Below are positions 28,744 through 36,682 of a DNA stretch of 46,984 bases, one piece after another. The DNA comes from Pseudomonadota bacterium (GTDB lineage Bacteria > Bdellovibrionota > FAC87 > UBA2466): the NCBI GenBank assembly GCA_043767805.1, contig JAYUGC010000187.1, positions 1 through 46,984 on the forward strand. Reading direction: 5' to 3'. A program made the position numbers and the translations under genes. The stretch's first letter is position 1. Every line of letters starts with the position of its first letter. The notes beneath the pieces are model-generated. The model made no database searches. It had not been told where the DNA came from and saw only the letters and a program-made list of their open reading frames with translations.

Positions 28744-29760
28744 ATGAAAAAAGTCAGAGTCGGAATCAACGGTTTCGGGCGAATCGGCCGTGTGACCATG
28801 CGTCTTCTTTCGGAGAACCCGAACTTCGAAGTCGTGGCCATCAACGACCTGACGCCTCTCGAACAAAACGTGCTGCTCCTCAAGTACGACTCGGTTCATG
28901 GCCGGTTCGGCAAGACGGTTACGGGCGAAGGCAGCTCCCTCACCATCGATGGCAAGGCCATCAAAGTTTTGGCTCAGCGCGATCCCTCGGAAATTCCGTG
29001 GGGCGATCTGGGCGTCGACATCGTGTTCGAGTCGACGGGTCTCTTCACCAGCTGGGACGGCGCCTCGAAGCACTTAAAGGGTGGCGCGAAGAAGGTCGTC
29101 GTTTCCGCTCCCTGTAGCGACAACGAAAAGATCCGCACCTTCGTCATGGGCATCAACCACGAGACGTACGACGCGTCCAAAGACCAGGTAGTCTCCAATG
29201 CTTCGTGCACCACGAACTGCCTCGCGCCCGTCGTGAAAGTTTTGAACGATAATTTCAAAGTGACCCGGGGTCTCATGACCACCATTCACTCCTACACGAA
29301 CGATCAGCGCACCCTCGATCTCGGTCACAAGGATCCTCGCCGGGCTCGCGCCGCGGCGCTGAACATGATTCCGACGACGACCGGCGCCGCCAAAGCGGTC
29401 GGTCTCGTGATTCCTGAATTAAAGGGCAAGCTCACCGGACTTTCCGTCCGCGTGCCCACCCCGAACGTTTCTCTCGTCGATTTCGTGGGCGACGTGCAGA
29501 CGCCGACCACGCCGGAGGCCATCAACGCGGCTTTCATCAAGGCGGCCGAAAGCGGTCCGCTTAAAGGCATCTTGAACGTCGTGAAGGAAGAACTCGTATC
29601 GAGCGATTTCAACGGCACGCGCTGGTCGTCTTCCATCGACCTTCCTTGCACCATGGTCACCGACGGCACGATGGTGAAGGTCCTCAGCTGGTACGACAAC
29701 GAGACCGGCTTCTCGGCTCGCATGGTGGAGCTCGCCGCCCACATCGCGAAGCAACTTTAA
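28744..29760 (+). CDS. gap: Glyceraldehyde-3-phosphate dehydrogenase type I
   Basis: GINGFGRIGR, SNASCTTNCLAP, WYDNE. Confidence 0.98.
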   Translation: MKKVRVGINGFGRIGRVTMRLLSENPNFEVVAINDLTPLEQNVLLLKYDSVHGRFGKTVTGEGSSLTIDGKAIKVLAQRDPSEIPWGDLGVDIVFESTGLFTSWDGASKHLKGGAKKVVVSAPCSDNEKIRTFVMGINHETYDASKDQVVSNASCTTNCLAPVVKVLNDNFKVTRGLMTTIHSYTNDQRTLDLGHKDPRRARAAALNMIPTTTGAAKAVGLVIPELKGKLTGLSVRVPTPNVSLVDFVGDVQTPTTPEAINAAFIKAAESGPLKGILNVVKEELVSSDFNGTRWSSSIDLPCTMVTDGTMVKVLSWYDNETGFSARMVELAAHIAKQL

Positions 29761-29764
29761 GCGG

Positions 29765-31015
29765 ATGCCTCTAATTATGAACTACAACACGCTCCGAGAC
29801 CTCGACTTCAAAGGTAAGCGGGTCTTCGTGCGCGTCGATTTCAATGTTCCGCTCAAAAAGAGCGGGGACGGAGCGGACGCCTCCACGTATGAAGTTGCCG
29901 ACGACGCGCGGATCGTGGGTGCTTTGGACACGATTCGCTACATCGCCGAGCAGGGCGGTAAAGTGATTCTCGCTTCTCATTTGGGCCGGCCCGACGGCCA
30001 GCCCAATAAGAAGTACAGCCTAGAGCCCGTGGGCCAGCGGCTTACGGAACTTCTCGGCAAAGAAGTGCTTCTCACCGACGATTGCGTGGGCGATGGCCCC
30101 CGTGGTCTCGCGCAGCAGATGCGTCCGGGTCAGGTGATGCTCCTCGAAAATCTCCGCTTCCATCCGGGAGAGGAAGATAACTCGGTCGAGTTCGTAAACG
30201 ATTTGCTCGCGCTCACCGACGTCTACGTGTCGGACGCGTTCGGAACCGTCCATCGTGCGCACGCGTCCACCGCGGGTTTACCGAAATTGGTGGCGAATAA
30301 AGCCATCGGCCTTCTCATCGAGAAGGAATTGCAGTTCCTGGAGCCCTTGCGCAACAACCCGAAGCGTCCCTTCGGTCTCATCATGGGCGGCTCCAAAGTT
30401 TCCGATAAGCTCGGAGTCCTCGAGTTCTTTCTCCCGAAAGTCGACAAAGTCTTCATCGGCGGCGCCATGGCCTATGCCTTCTTGAAGGCGAAGGGCTTTG
30501 AAATTGGGCGCAGCCTTTGCGAAGCCTCTCAAGTGGAGCTCGCGAAGAAAGTCTTGCGCGGCGCCGACGCCCGCAACGTGAAAGTGTTTCTGCCGGTCGA
30601 TCACGTCGTGACGCCCACGTTTGGCGACACGAAGAACGTCTCGACGACAAAACACGCCGATATCTTCGAAGACAAGATGGGCATGGACATCGGCCCGCAA
30701 ACGCTCGCGCTCTATGGCAAAGAGTTCGGCGATCTCGAAACGATTTTCTGGAACGGGCCCATGGGCGTTTTCGAAGAGCCCGTTTTCGCGACGGGCACCT
30801 TCGAGCTCGCCAAAGCGGTCGCCGCGACGAAAGCCTTGAAGCTCGTCGGGGGCGGCGACTCCGGTTCCGCCATCGCGAAAGCGGGGCTCACCTCCAAGTT
30901 TGATTTCATCAGCACCGGCGGCGGCGCGACCCTCGAGTATCTCGAAGGCAAGAATCTGCCCGGGCTCAAAGTGCTCGAAAAGCCGCGCCGTTCTAGTGTC
31001 GAGGTGAGCGAATGA
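29765..31015 (+). CDS. pgk: Phosphoglycerate kinase
   Basis: RVDFNVP, SHLGRP, LENLRF, GGGDS, STGGGA; alternative start at 29777. Confidence 0.98.
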   Translation: MPLIMNYNTLRDLDFKGKRVFVRVDFNVPLKKSGDGADASTYEVADDARIVGALDTIRYIAEQGGKVILASHLGRPDGQPNKKYSLEPVGQRLTELLGKEVLLTDDCVGDGPRGLAQQMRPGQVMLLENLRFHPGEEDNSVEFVNDLLALTDVYVSDAFGTVHRAHASTAGLPKLVANKAIGLLIEKELQFLEPLRNNPKRPFGLIMGGSKVSDKLGVLEFFLPKVDKVFIGGAMAYAFLKAKGFEIGRSLCEASQVELAKKVLRGADARNVKVFLPVDHVVTPTFGDTKNVSTTKHADIFEDKMGMDIGPQTLALYGKEFGDLETIFWNGPMGVFEEPVFATGTFELAKAVAATKALKLVGGGDSGSAIAKAGLTSKFDFISTGGGATLEYLEGKNLPGLKVLEKPRRSSVEVSE

Positions 31016-31794
31016 AACGCGTTCCCTTTTACGCCGCCAACTGGAAGATGAATAAGGCCCTCTCCGAGGTCGAGAGCTTCGTGGGGACCTTTCGTAAGCG
31101 TCTCTCCGATTTGCCTCGCCGGGCGGGCGTCGATTACGAGGCTTTGGTCGCTCCCACCGCTTTACACCTGCCTTCACTGGTAAAAGCGGTTGCTGGAACT
31201 CCGGTGCTCACCGCGGCCCAGAACTGTGGCTATGAAAAAGCGGGAGCCTTCACGGGGGAAATTTCCCCGGCGGTCCTCTCCGAGCTGGGCGTGCCCTGGG
31301 TGATTCTGGGCCATTCCGAGCGCCGGCACGTGTTTCACGAGACGGACGAGCTCATTGGGAAACGCCTGAAGGGCGCTCTCGACTCCGGTCTCAAAGTCAT
31401 TTTATGCGTCGGCGAAAAGCTCGACGCTAGAAAGGCCGGCAAGACTCTCGAAGTGGTGGAAGGACAGCTCTCCCTTCTCCGGGACGCCGGTTTCGCGAGC
31501 CGATGGGACAGCCTGGTCATTGCCTATGAGCCCGTTTGGGCCATCGGCACGGGGGAAACCGCGACCCCGCCGCAGGCTCAGGAGGCTCATGCCTTCATCC
31601 GCAAATGGGTGGCCAAAGTGGCTCCCCAGGCGGCGGGCCCTCTAAGGATTCTTTACGGCGGCAGCGCCAATGCCGCCAACTCAGGCGTTCTGATGAAGGA
31701 GCCCGACGTGGATGGACTACTTGTGGGCGGGGCGAGTCTGGATGCCAATACATTTGCAGACTTGATAAGAAATGGGCTAGGATTGCCGGCTTAG
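31012..31794 (+). CDS. tpiA: Triosephosphate isomerase
   Basis: NWKMN, GHSERR, AYEPVWAIGTG, LVGGASL. Confidence 0.98.
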   Translation: MKRVPFYAANWKMNKALSEVESFVGTFRKRLSDLPRRAGVDYEALVAPTALHLPSLVKAVAGTPVLTAAQNCGYEKAGAFTGEISPAVLSELGVPWVILGHSERRHVFHETDELIGKRLKGALDSGLKVILCVGEKLDARKAGKTLEVVEGQLSLLRDAGFASRWDSLVIAYEPVWAIGTGETATPPQAQEAHAFIRKWVAKVAPQAAGPLRILYGGSANAANSGVLMKEPDVDGLLVGGASLDANTFADLIRNGLGLPA

Positions 31795-31804
31795 GAGTTT
31801 TTAG

Positions 31805-32203
31805 GTGACGATTTTCATTGTTCTTCACGTTGTGATTTGTGTGTTCCTGGTGGCCGTAATTTTGGTCCAGCCGGGTAAAGGCGATGCCGGTATCGGCTTC
31901 GGCAGCTCGAGCCAGAGCATTTTTGGTAGCAAGGGCGCTGGTAACTTTCTGACCAAGACCACTTCCGTTTGCGCGGTCGTGTTCTTGCTCACTAGTTTCT
32001 TTTTGACCCGCTCCCGGATGCGGGAATACAACAGCTCGGTCATTAAAGCTTCCGCCGCCGGCGAACCGGCGGCGCCGCTAGTCCCGGGCACTACTGCCCC
32101 GGCAACGGCTCCGGTCGATGCGAAGGCGGAGCCGAAAGTGGAAATGAAGGCGGAACCGGCGAAAGCCGCGGCTCCGGCCGAACCGGCCAAAGCCGGAAAG
32201 TAG
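31805..32203 (+). CDS. secG: Preprotein translocase subunit SecG
   Basis: Two TMs, ILVQPGKG...FGSKGAGNFLTK; AGGAG RBS; canonical position after tpiA. Confidence 0.95.
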   Translation: MTIFIVLHVVICVFLVAVILVQPGKGDAGIGFGSSSQSIFGSKGAGNFLTKTTSVCAVVFLLTSFFLTRSRMREYNSSVIKASAAGEPAAPLVPGTTAPATAPVDAKAEPKVEMKAEPAKAAAPAEPAKAGK

Positions 32204-32225
32204 TTAGTCGTTCTTTCAAAATTGG

Positions 32226-32309
32226 GCGCGGATGGTGGAATGGTAGACACGCATGTTTGAGGTGCATGTGCCGAAAGGTGTGGGGGTTCAAGTCCCCCTC
32301 CGCGCACCA
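32226..32309 (+). tRNA. tRNA-Leu(GAG)
   Basis: GCGCGGA/TCCGCGC acceptor stem, anticodon loop TT-GAG-GT, long variable arm, GGTTCAAGTCC, encoded CCA. Confidence 0.96.
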
Positions 32310-32370
32310 TTCTTCGCTGGCCCCTTGGGGGCTAGGCTACGAATGGCAAGCCAATATACCTAAAGTAACG

Positions 32371-33126
32371 ATGATGAATCTTCTCGAAATCAGACCTGAA
32401 AATCTTGAGCCCCTTCTGGAGGCGGCCCGCTCTATTGCGGAAGGCTATCAGCTCAAAATCGTTTCCGGTTGGCTCTCCGAAAGCCGTTTCGCGCCCCAGG
32501 TGAACTGGCAGTTCGACGGCACCCGCTCTCTCCAGGATTTTCTCGGCTTCGCCGCCAAACAAAACGCGGGCTTCGTCATCGTGGATCCCATCCGGGTGAA
32601 CCGCGGGGACATCGAGGCGGCCTTCGATCGCCCGGCGGCGGAAACGCTCCGGGAAAAAATGAAGCTTTCGGGGCGAGTGGGCCAGCTGGCTTTGCTCCGT
32701 CTCATGTTCGTCTCGAGTAGCCCGACCACAGTGCACTCGCTCGAAGTGCTCTCGGATTGGTACGCGCTCATTTTTCCGGAAGACATGCGCGCCGCCGCCC
32801 TTGGCGTGAACGATTTGACGCCTGAAGAGCTCGGAGAAGCCGCCGATCGCCTGGCGCGGGACCCGCGCTTTCACGAAGCGTCGAACCGCACCCAGCGCGA
32901 GTACGTCGCCCGCAAAACATTTTCCGCCGAGCTCCGCCACGACGAGCTTTATCCCATCGAGGAAGTGATTCTTCAGGCAAGCCAGATCTATGAAACCGAG
33001 ATACGTCCCGAAGTGGAAGCAAAGCTCGCGGACGAGGCGCAAAAGCTCTATGATCAAGGGATTCCTCGGGGCGACATCGCCCGGCGGCTCAATCTGTCTC
33101 TGTTCCGTCTCAGCCGGCTTATTTGA
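32371..33126 (+). CDS. Hypothetical protein with C-terminal helix-turn-helix
   Basis: Host-like codon usage; C-terminal LYDQGIPRGDIARRLNLSLFRLSRLI is HTH-like. Confidence 0.65.
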   Translation: MMNLLEIRPENLEPLLEAARSIAEGYQLKIVSGWLSESRFAPQVNWQFDGTRSLQDFLGFAAKQNAGFVIVDPIRVNRGDIEAAFDRPAAETLREKMKLSGRVGQLALLRLMFVSSSPTTVHSLEVLSDWYALIFPEDMRAAALGVNDLTPEELGEAADRLARDPRFHEASNRTQREYVARKTFSAELRHDELYPIEEVILQASQIYETEIRPEVEAKLADEAQKLYDQGIPRGDIARRLNLSLFRLSRLI

Positions 33127-33583
33127 GGGGGCTAAGGGCCCAAGTCCTGCTCGAAGCTCTCGGCCTTAGTCACGCCGCTCCCGGCGGCCCCTTTGGGAGG
33201 GCGATGTGATTAATGCGCTGAGAAGTCTCTTTCTGGTGGCCTCGATGCTACCCTCGTTGTGATTTCGGACTGCCTGCGCGCGCTCGAAAAACGTCTCTTC
33301 GATCTGAAGAAAGATTTCGATTCGCTAACCAAGGAGAAGGCGAAGGAGTCCGTGGCTGCGGCGTAGCCGAGGCCAGGGAACTGCGGACCCTCCTCCAAAA
33401 GGCCAAGTGCGTGGAAAGAGGGTCGGAAGCAGCCCGAGCCACCGACGGTCACTAGCCTTTCTCAAGGAAGGCGGCTCGGGGCTAAGCTTGATTATTTGGT
33501 CACCCCGGGCTAAAACCGCCTTTCGTTTCGAGGGAGAGCCTAGCTCAGTTGGCTGTTGCGACTCGCGAGGCGCGGTTTTCTAC

Positions 33584-33660
33584 GGGCGCCTAGCTCAGTT
33601 GGTTAGAGCGTCGCTTTCACACAGCGAAGGTCACAGGTTCGAGCCCTGTGGCGCCCACCA
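33584..33660 (+). tRNA. tRNA-Val(CAC)
   Basis: GGGCGCC acceptor stem, TAGCTCAGTTGGTTAGAGC D arm, TCGCT/AGCGA stem with loop TT-CAC-AC, GGTTCGAGCC, CCA. Confidence 0.95.
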
Positions 33661-33717
33661 TCTCTAAAAAACTCGGCTCTACTCCACCAACGGGGGAACG
33701 GTCCGTGGTTGATTAAC

Positions 33718-34035
33718 TCAGGACGCCATTTTTAAGATATCTCTTTTCTTAAAACGAAAATCTTTGTTATTAGGCTTTCTGTATTTCACTTTGCCTTCTT
33801 TTATACGGCGACGCATCGTGGACTCCGAAATGCCCAATAAAGTGCAAGCCTCTTTCAGAGTAAGCTCTCCCTCTCCAGCGAAAAACTGGGATGAGTCAGT
33901 AATATCCAGCCCTATCACATTTCCCTTCGCGTCAAGACGTACGATAATTCCATTTTCAAAATACGATTTCGCCTCAACGCCTTCTTTGAAATCGATTGAA
34001 ACATAATCAACGTCTGCTTGATGAATTATCTTCAT
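33718..34035 (-). CDS. DUF2283-like protein fused to a MerR/excisionase-type HTH (putative antitoxin)
   Basis: DYVSIDF...GIIVRLDAKGNVIGLDI plus LTLKEACTLLGISESTMRRRIKEGKV. Confidence 0.75.
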   Translation of the reverse strand: MKIIHQADVDYVSIDFKEGVEAKSYFENGIIVRLDAKGNVIGLDITDSSQFFAGEGELTLKEACTLLGISESTMRRRIKEGKVKYRKPNNKDFRFKKRDILKMAS

Positions 34036-34277
34036 TTTCGCACCTCAAAATTAATGAGAACCGTGAGTACCTCTAGAATCTCATCTGGCAATAATTCCAC
34101 TACTACCGTCGCGATCAAATTGTCACGTCGGCGGGAAAGTTTTTTAAAATAAATGGTCTTATCTTTGGACTGTGGGATTCTCCCATCCGGCTTTTGAATG
34201 ACCTGCAGCACTTCTTCGACAGACAGATCCCTTTCTTGCATCCTAAGAACGGCAGGTGGATGAAATCTCAACTTCAT
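34032..34277 (-). CDS. DUF4258-like putative toxin (RelE-like fold)
   Basis: RFHPPAVLRMQERDLSVEEV...VLTV; 4-bp overlap with the partner gene. Confidence 0.75.
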   Translation of the reverse strand: MKLRFHPPAVLRMQERDLSVEEVLQVIQKPDGRIPQSKDKTIYFKKLSRRRDNLIATVVVELLPDEILEVLTVLINFEVRK

Positions 34278-34283
34278 AAGCTC

Positions 34284-34313
34284 AAGCTATCATAACTATC
34301 CATATCACGTCAA
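34284..34313 (-). promoter_or_regulatory. Sigma70-type promoter of the DUF4258/DUF2283 operon, apparently leaderless
   Basis: Minus strand: TTGACG-18 bp-(TG-A)TAGCTT-6 bp-ATG; TCATAACTAT direct repeats at 34290 and 34321. Confidence 0.55.
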
Positions 34314-34430
34314 TACGTAGTCATAACTATTCACCTCGCTGGGCTAGTTAGTTTTGCGTTGTCGTTTATAATTGACCTAAAGTCGTTTTTATGTGACTGC
34401 TGGTTCTAGAGATGAGTTTGGTATGACCTT

Positions 34431-34534
34431 GAAGGTACGACGATGGTGCTACTCATCTGCGGCGGCGACAAAGGAAGTCAGGCCGGGATATAGAAACGGC
34501 GCGGGCGATTTGGAGCGCGTATCGGAAAGGGTAA
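34431..34534 (+). pseudogene. 3' remnant of a HigB/RelE-type addiction-module killer gene, frameshifted
   Basis: EGTTMVLLICGGDKGSQA, then in another frame RDIETARAIWSAYRKG*; matches the typical 'LLLCGGDKxxQxxDI..A..W' C-terminus. Confidence 0.75.
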
Positions 34535-34536
34535 TC

Positions 34537-34887
34537 ATGAAACAGAAAATGAAATTTGAATTGGTTCCCCATGAGGACGGGCTTCGGGAGGATTTGAAAG
34601 ACCCCCGCTTTGCCGCCGAGTACATCAAGACCGCTATCGCCGGATCGGCGGCGGATATGCCGGAAGTTGTTTTGACCGCACTTCGCCGAGTTGCTGAAGT
34701 TCAAGGGATGCGCTGGCTATCCGAAAAAACGGAAATTAACCGGCAGGCTCTCTACCAGATGCTCTCCGAGGAGGGCAACCCCACGATTCGCAACTTCATG
34801 GCCATCATCCACAATCTGGGAATCCGAATGACGTTTGAACCGAAACAGGGTTCAAAGTCTAAGCGGAGCGTCGGCAGCGGGCGATGA
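34537..34887 (+). CDS. Addiction-module antidote, HigA-like HTH antitoxin (TIGR02684-like)
   Basis: LKDPRFAAEYI...ALRRVAEVQGM..LSEKTEINRQALYQMLSEEGNPT. Confidence 0.85.
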   Translation: MKQKMKFELVPHEDGLREDLKDPRFAAEYIKTAIAGSAADMPEVVLTALRRVAEVQGMRWLSEKTEINRQALYQMLSEEGNPTIRNFMAIIHNLGIRMTFEPKQGSKSKRSVGSGR

Positions 34888-35922
34888 TCCGCTTAAGTCC
34901 TTCGGCGGGTACCGGGGAGAACTTCGTGCACCAATTTAGGGTACTAGCTATTGCTCGCGGATGAATTTTTTTATTTGAGCGATTGTCATCGTTTTCGCTT
35001 GATACGTATCGATCGGTTTTGCTGGACTTCCATCTGCGCCGAGTGCCGGGTCATGGGCAAATATCCATCTGGTGTCCTGGCGCTTTTCCGCCCTCACTGG
35101 GCCCATCACCAATTTGTGTGCGCAAAACGCTGCGCCAAGGAGAGCATCAGAAGCCGCGCCCCAACTCGTCCTAGGGTGTTTTGAAACAAGATCCTTAGTT
35201 TCTCTTAAGCCAGTTCGGGCCGATTCCCCCCAAGATGGTCGAGATCTTCCGGCGGAAACGGCGTGAACCCCAAGTTTGTCCAATACAAAAATACAGCGTT
35301 CGCGCGGAGAAAAACGCTCACTGATGGTCGAGTAAATGAGAGCAGTAAGGAGGCCTCCGATTGGCGCGGCGAGAGCTGTGCATCCGTATCTATTTCCTTT
35401 TTGCCAAGTGTCGCTCAAACAGTGATCCATCGTTGGCTGTTTTACGAATTTCGCGCACCTCGTCTGCCGAAAGTGGAGTCTTGTTCAGTTCCGAACACCT
35501 CAAAGTCTTTAAGTCTAATTGCTGGGATTGCACCAGACGTTTAACCGCGCCGGCAGGTTTTTCGCACTCTACGTAGCGAATTCCCTGTCCCTCCTTATAT
35601 TCCATCACGATGAACGTGGGCTCTCCCGTATCACTCCCTTCAACCCTCGGGGACTTGCTCGCGATTGGAACGCTTCTAGCCTCAGCAATGGCTAGGGCGC
35701 TCTTCATCTCGTTAATGGAAAACGACGTGGTAACGAGAAAAGTTGCGCAACTATACGCAGAAAACGATGTCGATACTGCACTCGGCAAGCGAACGAAACA
35801 GCAGTTCGTCAATCAGACGATGGAAGACTACTACCTCAACAAGTACGGCAGCGAAAAACCGCCGTTCGCCTAACTCCGCGTGGGGCTCCCCCGTATGCCA
35901 GGCGCAGACCGCTACGCCCCCG

Positions 35923-36276
35923 CTATCCCGTCTTTAGAAGTTTCAACTCCGCACGTACGATTGAAATAACCTGCGCTTTTACTTCGGGCCTATCGAAAAT
36001 AGCCTCTAGTTGTCGTCGGACGGCGTCTTCAAGTTCCGCCTGGGCCTGCGCCAGTTCTTCCACAAGTGTCGACAGTTTCCGTTCCATTGCCGTACGGAGG
36101 ATCTGCACCATCGCCGTCTGGTAGCCGACGTGCCGTTTTTCCCCCTCCTGCAGAAGCCACGCCAGAACGTCGAGCGGCATTCGAAAAGTTTTGGAAACAG
36201 TGGCGTCGGGATCCGCCTTCGCGTTTCCCGTTCGCTTGTACCCTCTCATTTCCTTCAACTTATATTCCTTCTTCAT
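35923..36276 (-). CDS. BrnA-like antitoxin with C-terminal extension
   Basis: MKKEY start, KTFRMPLDVLAW, GYQT; overlaps the brnT 3' end. Confidence 0.75.
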   Translation of the reverse strand: MKKEYKLKEMRGYKRTGNAKADPDATVSKTFRMPLDVLAWLLQEGEKRHVGYQTAMVQILRTAMERKLSTLVEELAQAQAELEDAVRRQLEAIFDRPEVKAQVISIVRAELKLLKTG

Positions 36277-36538
36277 AATCTTCCCTTTCCTTCTTCGTCG
36301 CTTTGCGTGCCGAGATTATCCGCGCCGTCTCGCCGTCCAGCTCCACGTAGACCACCAGGAGCGTTCGGGCCAGGGCGGACATCCCGACCATCACCGTACG
36401 TTCTTCCTGTTTCACCCACTCCGTTGCTTCCTGGGATAGTGGGTCCAGAAACACCGTGGAAGCCTCGGTGAAGTCCACGCCGTGTTTCTTCACGTTCTTG
36501 GCTTCTTTCTCGGCGTCCCATTCGAAGTGCCTGACCAT
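36260..36538 (-). CDS. brnT: BrnT family toxin (DUF497)
   Basis: FEWDAEKEAKNVKKHGVDF, EER, RIISARKAT. Confidence 0.92.
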   Translation of the reverse strand: MVRHFEWDAEKEAKNVKKHGVDFTEASTVFLDPLSQEATEWVKQEERTVMVGMSALARTLLVVYVELDGETARIISARKATKKEREDYEEGI

Positions 36539-36544
36539 AAGAAT

Positions 36545-36573
36545 ATGTTACTACAACGTACATACTAAGTCAA
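36545..36573 (-). promoter_or_regulatory. Sigma70-type promoter of brnT, apparently leaderless
   Basis: Minus strand: TTGACT-17 bp-TAACAT-6 bp-ATG; overlapping TATGT...ACATA inverted repeat. Confidence 0.65.
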
Positions 36574-36616
36574 TACACGTTAAAATGGGAGAAATCAGTG
36601 GCTTATAGAAGGGATT

Positions 36617-36682
36617 TGGAGTGTCGGGGGTCGGAGTTGCACCGCCATCTTGTCACCTGGTCGGTGACCGCATCACCTGTGC
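36617..36682 (-). other. Degenerate tRNA-like element lacking the 5' acceptor strand
   Basis: Minus strand: GCACAGGTGATGC-G-GTCAC-CGACCAG-GTGAC-AAGAT-GGCGG-TGCAACT-CCGAC-CCCCGACAC-TCCA. Confidence 0.55.

Larger units (their letters stand above)
33661..36682. mobile_element. tRNA-adjacent toxin-antitoxin islet / decayed integrative element remnant (no integrase)
   Basis: Abrupt AT-rich sequence after tRNA-Val, three TA modules, gene fragments, and a tRNA-like sequence at the right end. Confidence 0.5.

Noticed and set aside
33127..33500. tmRNA (frame ending ...ESVAAA*) or SRP RNA (GGAAGCAGC)
   Set aside because: No tmRNA tRNA-like 5'/3' ends with T arm and CCA, and the SRP CAGG-GNRA-AGCA geometry is not met. 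Kept only as small-ORF and structure findings.
33682..33689. CTCCACCA shortly after tRNA-Val as an att duplication
   Set aside because: Too short and differs from the tRNA end (GCCCACCA); compatible with chance.
34393..34536. N-terminal extension of the antidote ORF in the track
   Set aside because: This segment is better explained as the toxin remnant in other frames; the likely start is ATG 34537.
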